Origin: an uncultured delta proteobacterium
GTDB taxonomy: Bacteria > Myxococcota > Myxococcia > SLRQ01
Assembly: GCA_963727485.1 (NCBI GenBank)
Contig: CAVSGM010000002.1
Span: forward strand, 544,001-608,000
Length of the DNA: 64,000 bases
Direction of reading: 5' to 3'
In this document: in pieces, positions 30,724 to 39,649 of the stretch
Layout of the letters: each line of letters starts with the position of its first letter
How positions within the stretch are numbered: the first letter of the stretch is position 1
Made by a program: the position numbers and the translations under genes
Notes under the pieces: model-generated
Database searches by the model: none
What the model saw: the letters and a program-made list of their open reading frames with translations, nothing else
What the model was told of the DNA's origin: nothing

Positions 30724-31357
30724 ATGAGCGTCACGCTGCGTACCTACAGCTTCCTCGACTCCCTGCAGCCGCAGATCGCCTCGTTCATCGGGACCACGTC
30801 CCGGGGCTTCCTGCCGGTGCCCCACGTGGCCTCGCTCTTCGTGGAGATCGCCCCGGGCATCGCCATCAACACGGTGACCGACGCGGCCCTCAAGTCCACC
30901 GACGTGGCCCCGGCGGCCCTGGTGGTCGAGCGCGCCTTCGGCTGCCTCGAGGTCCACCACGCCGGACCAGGGCGAGGTCCGCAGCGCCGGCGAGGCCATC
31001 CTCGACCACCTCGGGGTCAAGGAAGAGGACCGGATGAAGCCCCGGGTCCTCACCAACCAGATCATCCGGAGCGTGGAGCCCTACCAGGCGCAGCTGATCA
31101 ACCGGATCCGCTACGGCCACATGCTCCTCCCGGGGGACAGCCTCTTCATCTTCGAGTGCGAGCCGGCAGGCTACGCCGCCTTCGCCGCCAACGAGGCGGA
31201 GAAGGCCGCGGACGTGAACCTGATCGAGCTGCGCTTCTTCGGCGCCTACGGGCGCCTCTACATGGGTGGGACCGAGTCGGAGATCGACTCGGCGGCGGCC
31301 GCGGCAACCGCGGCCATCGAGAGCATCACCGGGGTCGAGATCCCAAGCCGGCGGTAG
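30724..31357 (+). CDS. BMC-T shell protein (CcmP/stacked-trimer type; +1 frameshift near 30964)
   Basis: [47 protein letters not shown] and FGAYGRLY motifs; GGAGG RBS. Confidence 0.9.
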
Positions 31358-31389
31358 CACACCGCCGCGTGCACCAAGAGGGAAGCTAG

Positions 31390-31686
31390 ATGGCTGACGC
31401 GCTGGGCATGATCGAGACAAAGGGCTTCGTGGGCATGGTCGAAGCGGCCGACGCCATGGTGAAGGCGGCCAAGGTCGACCTCGTGCACTACGAGAAGATC
31501 GGCGGCGGGTACGTGACCGCCATCGTCCGCGGCGACGTGGCCGCGGTGAAGGCGGCCACCGACGCCGGCGCCCGCGCCGCGGAGCGGGTGGGCGAGCTGG
31601 TGAGCGTCCACGTGATCCCCCGGCCGCACGCCAACCTCGACGCGGCCCTGCCCCTGGGGCGGGGCGGCGACGTCGGCGAAAGCTGA
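31390..31686 (+). CDS. BMC-H hexameric shell protein
   Basis: ALGMIETKG...[14 protein letters not shown] pore loop, RGDVAAV and HVIPRPH. Confidence 0.97.
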   Translation: MADALGMIETKGFVGMVEAADAMVKAAKVDLVHYEKIGGGYVTAIVRGDVAAVKAATDAGARAAERVGELVSVHVIPRPHANLDAALPLGRGGDVGES

Positions 31687-31689
31687 CCG

Positions 31690-31980
31690 ATGCTCCTGGG
31701 CAAGGTGGTCGGAACCGTGGTCTCCACCCGCAAGGAGGAGACCCTGGACGGCCTCCGGTTCCTGGTGGTCCGCGCCATGGACCCGGAGACCGGGGCCGTC
31801 GCCGGCAACCCGGTGGTCGCCGCGGACGCGGTGGGCGCCGGGGTCGGCGAGGTGGTCCTCTACGCCAGCGGCTCCTCGGCGCGACAGACCGCGTCGACCA
31901 AGGAGCGGCCGGTGGACGCCACCATCATGGCCATCGTGGACGAGGTGGAGGTCGGCGGGACCACGACCTTCCGGAAGTGA
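31690..31980 (+). CDS. BMC-P pentameric vertex protein (EutN/CcmL family)
   Basis: [26 protein letters not shown] and [11 protein letters not shown]. Confidence 0.96.
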   Translation: MLLGKVVGTVVSTRKEETLDGLRFLVVRAMDPETGAVAGNPVVAADAVGAGVGEVVLYASGSSARQTASTKERPVDATIMAIVDEVEVGGTTTFRK

Positions 31981-32026
31981 GGTCGGGGCCCCCCGCCCCG
32001 GCCTCCCGGGCTGACGAGGGGATGCG

Positions 32027-33610
32027 ATGAGCAGCATCGACGACGCGAAGATCGCGGCCATCGTCAACGCGGTGGTGGCCAGGCTCCAGGCCGAGGGGGC
32101 GGTGCCCACGGGGCCCGCCACCTCCGGCTCGGCCACCACCGGCTCCCTCACCGCCGCCGGCGCCGCCGGGAGCCTGCGCACCCCGCTCGGGCCCGACGAG
32201 ATCCCTCCGGAGTACGCGGGGCTCCCCGACTCCCCGGCCTCACCGTCGTATGTCACCGGCGGGACGAACGGCCGGGCCGCCCCGGCGATCATCCGCGGGC
32301 GCAAGGGCGTGTTCGACGACGTGGACACCGCCGTCGCCGCCGCCCGGGGCGCCTACGAGCGCCTCCACTGGAAGCTCTCCCTCGAGGTCCGCGACCGGAT
32401 CATCGCCGCCATGCGCGACGCCACCCGCCGCGCCATCCCCGAGCTCTCCCGCCGGGCGGTGGACGAGACGGGCCTCGGCCGCTACGAGGACAAGCTCAAG
32501 AAGAACGCCCTGGTGGTGGAGAAGACCCCGGGCACCGAGATCCTCCGCCCCATCACCTACTCCGGCGACGACGGGCTGGCGGTCATCGAGCGGGCCCCCT
32601 ACGGGGTCATCGGCTCGATCACCCCCTGCACCAACCCCACCGAGACCATCCTCTGCAACGCCATCGGGATGATCGCCGGCGGGAACTCGGTGGTCTTCAA
32701 CGTCCACCCCAACGCCAAGGAGACCAGCCGCTTCCACGTGGAGCTGCTCAACGAGGCCATCGTCTCCGCCGGCGGCCCGGAGAACCTCATCTCCATGGTG
32801 GCGGTGCCCACCATCGAGTCGGCCCAGCAGGTGATGACCCACGCGGGCATCCGGCTGGTGGTGGTCACCGGCGGCGGGGCGGTGGTCAAGGCGGCCATGA
32901 CCTCTGGCAAGCGCGCCATCTGCGCCGGCCCGGGCAATCCCCCGGTGGTGGTCGACGCCAGCGCCGACCTGAACCAGGCGGCCCAGGGCATCATCGACGG
33001 CGCCTCGATGGACAACAACATCGTGTGCATCGCCGAGAAGGAGACCATCGCGGTCGCCGACATCTTCGACACCCTGAAGCAGAAGATGATCGACCGGGGC
33101 TGCGTCGAGGTGCGGGGCCGCGACCTCGCCAAGCTCGAGAAGCTGATCATCACCCCGGACAACCACGTGAACCGGGACTTCATCGGCAAGGACGCCAAGG
33201 TGATCCTCGCCGCCATCGGGATGCAGGTCAGTGGCGACCCGCGGCTGGTGCTGGCGGACGTCCCCGAGGACCACCCCTTCGTGCAGCACGAGCAGCTGAT
33301 GCCGGTGCACCCCCTGGTCCGGGCCCCCCACGTCGAGGAGGCCATCGCCATGGCCCGGCGGGTGGAGCACGGCTACGGCCACACCGCGATGATGTACTCC
33401 AAGGACATCGAGCAGCTCTCGCGGATGGCCCGGGTGATCAACGCCTCCATCTTCGTGAAGAACGCGCCGAGCCTGGCGGGCCTCGGCTACGGGGGCGAGG
33501 GCTACACCTCGTTCACCATCGCGTCCCCCACCGGTGAGGGGCTCACCACCGCGGTGAGCTTCACCCGGGAGCGCCGCTGCACCCTCAAGGAGTACTTCCG
33601 GTTCGTCTGA
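32027..33610 (+). CDS. BMC-associated (CoA-acylating type) aldehyde dehydrogenase, EutE/PduP family
   Basis: ETGLGRYEDK, PYGVIGSITPCTNP, TGG, AGPGNPP, catalytic NNIVCIAEKE, SFTIASPTGEG; N-terminal amphipathic helix. Confidence 0.95.
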   Translation: MSSIDDAKIAAIVNAVVARLQAEGAVPTGPATSGSATTGSLTAAGAAGSLRTPLGPDEIPPEYAGLPDSPASPSYVTGGTNGRAAPAIIRGRKGVFDDVDTAVAAARGAYERLHWKLSLEVRDRIIAAMRDATRRAIPELSRRAVDETGLGRYEDKLKKNALVVEKTPGTEILRPITYSGDDGLAVIERAPYGVIGSITPCTNPTETILCNAIGMIAGGNSVVFNVHPNAKETSRFHVELLNEAIVSAGGPENLISMVAVPTIESAQQVMTHAGIRLVVVTGGGAVVKAAMTSGKRAICAGPGNPPVVVDASADLNQAAQGIIDGASMDNNIVCIAEKETIAVADIFDTLKQKMIDRGCVEVRGRDLAKLEKLIITPDNHVNRDFIGKDAKVILAAIGMQVSGDPRLVLADVPEDHPFVQHEQLMPVHPLVRAPHVEEAIAMARRVEHGYGHTAMMYSKDIEQLSRMARVINASIFVKNAPSLAGLGYGGEGYTSFTIASPTGEGLTTAVSFTRERRCTLKEYFRFV

Positions 33611-34155
33611 TGCTGGGACCGGCCCTCGCCCTCCTGGAGCTGTCCTCCGTCGCCCGGGGCGTGGTCGCCCTGGACGCCATGGTCAAGAAGGCCACGGTGG
33701 AGGTCGCCGACGCCCGGAGCGTCTCCCCCGGGCGCTACCTGGTCCGGGTCCACGGGGGCGTGGGCGAGGTCGAGGAGGCCTGGCGCGCCGGGCTCGCCGC
33801 CTCCGCAGGCCAGCTCCTGGACCACGTCTTCCTCCCCAATCCCCACCCCTGCCTGGGGCCGCTGCTCGCCGGCGAGCGCCGGGAGGCGCCGGTGGACAGC
33901 GTGGGCCTGGTCGAGTGCTACACCTCGGCGTCGGCGGTGAAGGCCGTGGACGCGGCGGCGAAGGCCGCGGAGATCGAGGTCACCCGCCTGGAGCTCGCCA
34001 ACCAGCTCGGGGGCAAGGGGTGGCTGCTCCTCACCGGCTCCCTGGACATGGTCGAGGCCGCCCTCGCCGCCGCCGAGGGCGCGGTGACCGAGGGGATGCT
34101 CCAGACCGTGGAGCTCATCGCCCGTCCCCACGGCGACACCGGCCGCGCCCTCTAG
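33610..34155 (+). CDS. BMC-T shell protein (PduT-like single trimer)
   Basis: ALLELSSVARG..ALDAMVK, SPGRY, LGGKG and IARPH; the start overlaps the dehydrogenase stop. Confidence 0.9.
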   Translation: MLGPALALLELSSVARGVVALDAMVKKATVEVADARSVSPGRYLVRVHGGVGEVEEAWRAGLAASAGQLLDHVFLPNPHPCLGPLLAGERREAPVDSVGLVECYTSASAVKAVDAAAKAAEIEVTRLELANQLGGKGWLLLTGSLDMVEAALAAAEGAVTEGMLQTVELIARPHGDTGRAL

Positions 34156-34177
34156 GGGCGCCCGAGGCGCGGCCATC

Positions 34178-34876
34178 GTGCCCTTGCTGACCGCCACCGG
34201 GATCGCCGTGGACGCCGCCGGCGCCGGGTCGCCGCCGCTTCCGGGGCCGGTGGACCTGGCGCTCTCGGCCGGGGAGGTGCTCTCGGTGGAGGGGCCGTCC
34301 GGGGCCGGCAAGACCACCCTGCTCCGGGCCCTGGCGCGCCTCGATCCCCTGGGCCGCGGCGAGGTGGTCCTGGGCGACGGCGCCGCCACCGGCGACGGGA
34401 TCCCCGCCTTCCGCCGGCAGGTGGTCTACCTGCCCCAGCAGCCCCCGGCCCTCCGGGGCACGGTGGCCGAGTCCCTCGAGCGCCCCTTCTCCTTCCGCAG
34501 CGCCCGCCACGCCCGCCGGGACCCCGAGCGGGTCGCCACCCTCCTGGGCCGCCTGCGCCTCCCGGACGACGTCCTCTCCCGGCGCCTCGGGGACCTCTCG
34601 GTGGGTGAGGCGCAGCGGGTGGCCCTGGTCCGGGCGCTGGGGGTCGAGCCCACCGTGCTCCTCCTCGACGAGCCCACCGCGGCCCTCGACCCGGCGGCCC
34701 GGGAGGTCGCCGAGGCGCTGGTGGGCGAGTGGCTCGGGGCCGGCGACCGGGCGGCTGTCCTGGTGAGCCACGACCCGGCCCAGGTCCGGCGCCTGGCGAC
34801 CCGGCGCCTGGCCCTCGAGGGCGGGCGCCTGGTGCCGGTGGGCGACGCCGGCGGGGCCCCGGAGGGCGAGCGGTGA
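34178..34876 (+). CDS. ABC transporter ATP-binding protein (FetA/YbbL-like)
   Basis: GPSGAGKT, LSVGEAQR, LLLDEPTAALD and VSHD motifs. Confidence 0.9.
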   Translation: MPLLTATGIAVDAAGAGSPPLPGPVDLALSAGEVLSVEGPSGAGKTTLLRALARLDPLGRGEVVLGDGAATGDGIPAFRRQVVYLPQQPPALRGTVAESLERPFSFRSARHARRDPERVATLLGRLRLPDDVLSRRLGDLSVGEAQRVALVRALGVEPTVLLLDEPTAALDPAAREVAEALVGEWLGAGDRAAVLVSHDPAQVRRLATRRLALEGGRLVPVGDAGGAPEGER

Positions 34877-35676
34877 GCGGCCCCGTCGCCCTGACCCCGG
34901 TGGGCCTCGCCGTCTCCGCGGGCCTGGTGCTGGTCGCCGGGGCGGTGTCCCTGGTGCTGCGCCTCGGGGTCACCCGCCGCCTCACCGTCGCCGCCCTCCG
35001 GACCGTAATCCAGCTCTCGCTCTTGGGCCTGGTCCTGGAGTGGGTGTTCTCGGTGAATCGCTGGTACGTGGTCCTGGCGCTCATGGCCACCATGGTCATC
35101 AACGCCGGGATCGCCGCGGTCCGCCGCACCGACCGCCGCTACCCGGGCATCTACCGCACGGGCCTCATCTCCGTGAGCATCAGCGGGGTGCTGGTGACCT
35201 TCGTGGTCACCGCCGGGGTGGTCCGCGTCTCTCCCTGGTACGACCCGCGCTACCTCATCCCGCTGATGGGCATGATCCTCGGCAACGCCCTCAACGGGAT
35301 CTCCCTGTGCCTCGACCGGATCATGGCCGACCTCGACCACCGCCGGGCCGAGGTGGAGGCCTGGCTCGCCCTCGGCGCCACCGCCTGGGAGGCCACCCGG
35401 CCCATCGTCGCCGAGGCGGTGCGCACCGGGATGATCCCGATCCTCAACAGCATGACCGTCGCCGGGATCGTCAGCCTCCCGGGGATGATGACCGGCCAGA
35501 TCCTCGCCGGCGCCGCCCCGATGACCGCGGTGACCTACCAGATCGTGGTGATGTTCATGATCGCCGCGGCGGCGAGCCTGGGGTCGCTCTTGGCGGCGCT
35601 GGTGGCCTTCCGGCACCTGGTGACCCGGCGGCACCAGCTCGCGGTCCACAGGCTGCGCCTGGTCGACGGCGCTTGA
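34873..35676 (+). CDS. ABC permease, UPF0014 (FetB/YbbM-like)
   Basis: RTVIQL, PRYLIPLMGMILGN, GIVSLPGMMTGQILAG and AVTYQI; GTGA coupling to the ATPase gene. Confidence 0.9.
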   Translation: MSGPVALTPVGLAVSAGLVLVAGAVSLVLRLGVTRRLTVAALRTVIQLSLLGLVLEWVFSVNRWYVVLALMATMVINAGIAAVRRTDRRYPGIYRTGLISVSISGVLVTFVVTAGVVRVSPWYDPRYLIPLMGMILGNALNGISLCLDRIMADLDHRRAEVEAWLALGATAWEATRPIVAEAVRTGMIPILNSMTVAGIVSLPGMMTGQILAGAAPMTAVTYQIVVMFMIAAAASLGSLLAALVAFRHLVTRRHQLAVHRLRLVDGA

Positions 35677-35707
35677 CACCGGGCGCCCCGCCCCGGACGA
35701 TCCCGCC

Positions 35708-36544
35708 GTGCGCGCCCTCGTCCCCGCTCTCGTCCTCCTGCTCCTCGGCGGCTGCGGCCCGTCGAGCGAGCTCGTCGCCGTCGCCATCGCCGCCCACCGG
35801 AACGGCGCTGGGGACACGGAGATCCGCGCCTCGGTGATCGCCGTCGACGCCGGCAAGCACAGCGCCGACGCCGCCGTCGAGGCCGCCGGGACCTCGGCGA
35901 GCCAGGCCCCCGAGGCCCTCATCCCCCTCCAGGTCTGCCGGAAGATCGCCGGCGGCCCCCGGGGGAGCAGCCTCACGGGCTTCAAGCTCCTGGACACCGG
36001 GAGCCCCAGCCTCAAGACCGCCGACGGGAAGCACGTGGTGTCCCTGAACACCGCCACCCCCGCCGCCGGCAGCGGCACCACCTACGCCGGGACCTTCAGC
36101 CTCACCGACATGCCCTTCACCGCCGGGGACAGCTACACCGTCACCGCCGGGGGCGGGGGCGACGGCCCGGCCTTCGGGGCCAAGATCCAGTCGCCGCCCG
36201 ACTTCGACGTCCAGAAGATCGGCTTCGCCTCCACCGGGCCCGGGACCCTCTCGATCCCCAGCGAGTCCGACCTCGAGGTCGACTGGACCCCCGGCGGCGG
36301 GGGCGGCGAGATGTGGATCGTGATCCACGTCCAGGACACGGGCCTGGCCTGCCGGGTGGCCGACACCGGGAGCTTCGTCATCTCCCAGGGTCTCGTGGGC
36401 CAGCTCCCCAAGGACACCGGGACCCTCACCGTCGAGCGCTACTTCCAGGCGGACTTCCACACCAGCGCCGACGCCAGCGGCAACCAGCTCCCCGGCCGGA
36501 TCCGGTTCTCCGAGCAGCGGGAGTACAAGGTCCAGGTCCAGTAG
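35708..36544 (+). CDS. Hypothetical lipoprotein
   Basis: Lipobox LGGC; beta-rich 278-aa ORF with strong codon bias. Confidence 0.7.
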   Translation: MRALVPALVLLLLGGCGPSSELVAVAIAAHRNGAGDTEIRASVIAVDAGKHSADAAVEAAGTSASQAPEALIPLQVCRKIAGGPRGSSLTGFKLLDTGSPSLKTADGKHVVSLNTATPAAGSGTTYAGTFSLTDMPFTAGDSYTVTAGGGGDGPAFGAKIQSPPDFDVQKIGFASTGPGTLSIPSESDLEVDWTPGGGGGEMWIVIHVQDTGLACRVADTGSFVISQGLVGQLPKDTGTLTVERYFQADFHTSADASGNQLPGRIRFSEQREYKVQVQ

Positions 36545-36710
36545 CCGGCGCCGGGTCGACCCCCGGTGCCCCTCGCCCGGACCCGCGTCGTCGGGAGTGC
36601 CCGGGTCACGCGGCGACGATCCCGGCGGCCCGCCGATCGGATCGGCGGCCTCCGCACGCCGCACGCCGCACGGCCGCAGGCGCAGGCGCAGCCCGACCGC
36701 CGCCGCTCCA

Positions 36711-36755
36711 TCAGCTGAAAGTCTATTTGTTTCAGTAAAGTCCATGTAATCCCTC
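36711..36755. promoter_or_regulatory. AT-rich patch with CTGAAA-N9-TTTCAG inverted repeat and AAAGTC direct repeat
   Basis: tcagCTGAAAgtctatttgTTTCAGtaaagtccatgtaat within a very GC-rich context. Confidence 0.4.
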
Positions 36756-36930
36756 ACCGGGTTTCGAGGCATCCACAGCGCCCGCCCAGCGCCCGCCTGG
36801 CCCCCGCCCCACCCCCTCCAGCCGCGCCGACGCGCCCGCCGCCCGGGGGGCCGCTTTCTTGACCCGACCCCACCCCGTGCTACCGGTTGCAACAGGCCCG
36901 TTCCATGTCACCGAACCCTGGAGGACCCCG

Positions 36931-37149
36931 GTGCCCGACACCCTCGACGCCCCCGCTCCCCGCCCCCGGCGGCGCCGCACGATTCCCACCAACGTGCTCA
37001 TCCCCGTCGCCCACCGCGACGCCCTCAAGCGCCTCGCCGCCCGAACCCGGGTGAGCCAGAGCGAGTACCTGCGCGAGGCGGTCGCCGACCTCCTCGACAA
37101 GTACGACTCGGTCCTCGGCGAGGAGGGCCCGTCGGCCCAGGCCGGCTGA
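36931..37149 (+). CDS. Ribbon-helix-helix DNA-binding protein (CdbA/CdbB-like)
   Basis: GGAGG RBS before GTG; TNVLI strand followed by LKRLAARTRVSQSEYLREAVADLLDKY helices. Confidence 0.75.
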   Translation: MPDTLDAPAPRPRRRRTIPTNVLIPVAHRDALKRLAARTRVSQSEYLREAVADLLDKYDSVLGEEGPSAQAG

Positions 37150-37305
37150 CCCGGCGCCCCATGGGGCGCCTTGCCTCCCACGCCGCAGTGACGCTACCGT
37201 GGTCCCTGGCGACCGCCCGGGCGCAGCGCGTGTTCCGCCGTGCGGCCGACGTCGAGTTCACGGCGTATCACCACGCCCGCGAGGGCGAGACAAGGGGTCT
37301 TCACC

Positions 37306-37830
37306 ATGAAGTGTCCGGCGTGTGGCGGTGAGCTTTCCCAGATGACGGCCGGGGACATCACGGTGCACGCCTGCGCCGGCGGCTGCGGTGGCCTCTGGTT
37401 CGACCGCCTGGAGCTCCAGAAGGTCGACCTGCCCAGCGAGGCCGCCGGGGTCCCCCTGCTCCACGTCGAGCGGAACCCCGCCGTCCACGTCGACGTCAGC
37501 CAGCGGCGCAAGTGCCCGGTCTGCGACATGATCATGATGCAGCACTTCTTCAGCGTGAAGCGCAAGGTCACCCTCGACGAGTGCCCCGAGTGCGCGGGCG
37601 TCTGGCTCGACGCTGGCGAGCTGGCGACGCTGCGCACCGAGTACCCCACCGACGAGGCGCGCAAGGAGGCGGCGTCGCAGTACTTCGACGACGTCTTCGG
37701 CGACCGCCTCGCCAAGCTGCACGCCAAGGACGCGGCGTCGGCGGCGCGAGCCCAGAAGTTCGCCCACCTCTTCCGCTTCATCTGCCCGAGCTACTACCTC
37801 CCGGGCAAGCAGTCCTGGGGCGCCTTCTAG
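37306..37830 (+). CDS. Double zf-TFIIB-like zinc-finger protein
   Basis: MKCPACG...CAGGCGGLWFD and KCPVC...CPECAGVWLDAGEL. Confidence 0.85.
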   Translation: MKCPACGGELSQMTAGDITVHACAGGCGGLWFDRLELQKVDLPSEAAGVPLLHVERNPAVHVDVSQRRKCPVCDMIMMQHFFSVKRKVTLDECPECAGVWLDAGELATLRTEYPTDEARKEAASQYFDDVFGDRLAKLHAKDAASAARAQKFAHLFRFICPSYYLPGKQSWGAF

Positions 37831-38919
37831 GCCGCTCCGCCGCCGCCCGCCGGCTCCGCGGCTGCCTCCAGGCTCTCCTCGCCGGCGACCACCAACCGCT
37901 TGAACGAGAGGTTGCCGGCGAAGAGGAACACCAGGCCGAGGAGGACCTGCTGGCCGAACTGCGCCGCCCACAGGAGGTTGGCCCAGGCGGCCCCGGCGCT
38001 GGCGATTCTCGGTCCGGCTCACGAAGAGCGAGAGGCCGAGGAGCGCGAAGAACTGGAAGGTGCCGACCATCCCCGGGCCGGCGGGGATCATGACACCGAT
38101 GACCAGCATCCCCAGCACCGTGTACATCTGCAGGAGCCCGAGGTGGAGGCCAAAGGCCTTGGCCACCAGGAGCATCCCCACCCCGTTGATGCCCCAGTAG
38201 GCCACGGTGGTCAGCACGAAGAGGGCCAGCTTCCCCCGGTGGGGCGCCAGGCGCAGGCCCGAGAGGAAGCTCTCGAGGAGCGCCGAGACCCGGTCGGCGA
38301 GGTGGGGCGAGAGGGGCCGGAGGACGCCCCGGATCACCGCCACCGCCCGCTCCCGCTGCCAGAAGAACATCAGCAGCACCGCCAGGGCGCAGGCGAAGAC
38401 CCCCAGGAAGACCCAGGCCCAGATCCGCACCCGGGACAGGTGGGGGGAGCCGTCGTCGGGGACGGTGAGGATCATGGTGGCGAGGAGCATCGCCGCGGTG
38501 GTGATCCCGTCGGCCACGCGCTCCATGACCACCGAGGCGGTGGCGGCGCTCATCCGGATGCCGTCGCACCGGGTCCCGGCGGGCCCGCGCTCGGAGACCA
38601 GGTAGGGACGGACCAGCTCTCCGAGACGGAAGGGCAGCACCATCAGGGCCATGAAGCCCACCGCCGCGGCGCGGTTGAGGCGCCAGAAGGGCACCTTGGC
38701 CACCGGCTCCAGGAGGATGCCCCAGCGCACCGTCCGCAGGACGTGGATGGTCAGGAGGATGACCACGTAGGGCACGAGGTAGCCGTAGTGGGCCCGCTCG
38801 AAGGCCTGCCACATGGCCCCCAGGTCCTTGTCCCGGAGCGAGAGCCAGATGAAGAAGGCGCTCACCAGGCCCCCGGCGGCGAACCGCAGGGCGATGCCCA
38901 CGCTGGCGCGGCGGCTCAC
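37827..38919 (-). CDS. Lysylphosphatidylglycerol-synthase-like TM (flippase-like, UPF0104) protein (+1 frameshift near 38006)
   Basis: RTVRWGILL, PFRLGELVRP, VVMERVAD and IPAGPGMVGTF; the start overlaps the phosphatase stop. Confidence 0.85.
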
Positions 38920-39639
38920 GAGAGGGCCTCGCCGGCGAGGAGCCGCCGGGGGTTGTCGCCGAGGAGCCGGTCGCGGCCCTCGGGACCCGAGAGCTTCACC
39001 AGGGCCTTGAGCCAGCGGTCGAGCTCGCGCTCGGCCTGGTCCGGGTTGTGGAGGTCGGTGCCGGCGACGGCGTAGAGGCCCTCGGCGAGGAGGCGCCGGG
39101 CGGTGCGCTTCGCCGGCCGGCCGTAGGCGCCTCCCAGGCTCCCGAGAATCGAGCTGGAGCACGGCGCCCGCGTCCACCGCCTGCCGGGCCACGGCGAGGT
39201 CCTGGAACACCGCGCAGCGCTCGGGGTGGGCGAACACCGGGGTCACGCCCTTGAGGCGCAGGCGGAAGACCAGGTCGGCGAGGCTCGGGACCGGGGCCAG
39301 GGCCGGGGCCTCGACGAGGACGTGGCGGCCGGCGCCGCCCAGCGGCACGCAGTCACCCTCGAGGATCTTCGGGACCAGCTCCGCGTCGAGGAAGTGCTCG
39401 GCGCCGGGGACCGGCACGAAGGGCACCTGGTGCTCGGCCAGGGCCGTGCCCAGGTCAAAGATGGCCTGGCGCAGGCCCCCGGGGAGGTTGTCGAACATCC
39501 CCGGGCGGATGTGGGGGGTCACGGCGCCCCCGGCCCACCCGCGCACCACCAGGGCGCGGGCCATGCGGAGGGCGGCGTCGAGGTCCTCGGCGCCGTCGTC
39601 GACGCCGGGGACCAGGTGGAGGTGGAGGTCTTGGAACAT
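38916..39639 (-). CDS. CpsB/CapC-type PHP protein-tyrosine phosphatase (+1 frameshift near 39148)
   Basis: DLHLHLVPGVDDGA, TPH, GAE, AHPER, then TDLHN in the corrected frame. Confidence 0.88.
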
Positions 39640-39649
39640 GCTCTTGGCC

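Noticed and set aside
30724..34155. Carboxysome or Eut/Pdu operon
   Set aside because: No RuBisCO, carbonic anhydrase, ethanolamine ammonia-lyase or diol dehydratase genes.
36700..36780. oriC, dif or a known riboswitch
   Set aside because: Only one partial DnaA-box-like match; no match to XerC/D arms or to riboswitch consensus sequences I know.
37258..39639. 793-aa phosphatase-flippase fusion
   Set aside because: Artefact of the +1 indel near 39148; the corrected phosphatase stops at 38916, overlapping the GTG of the next gene.
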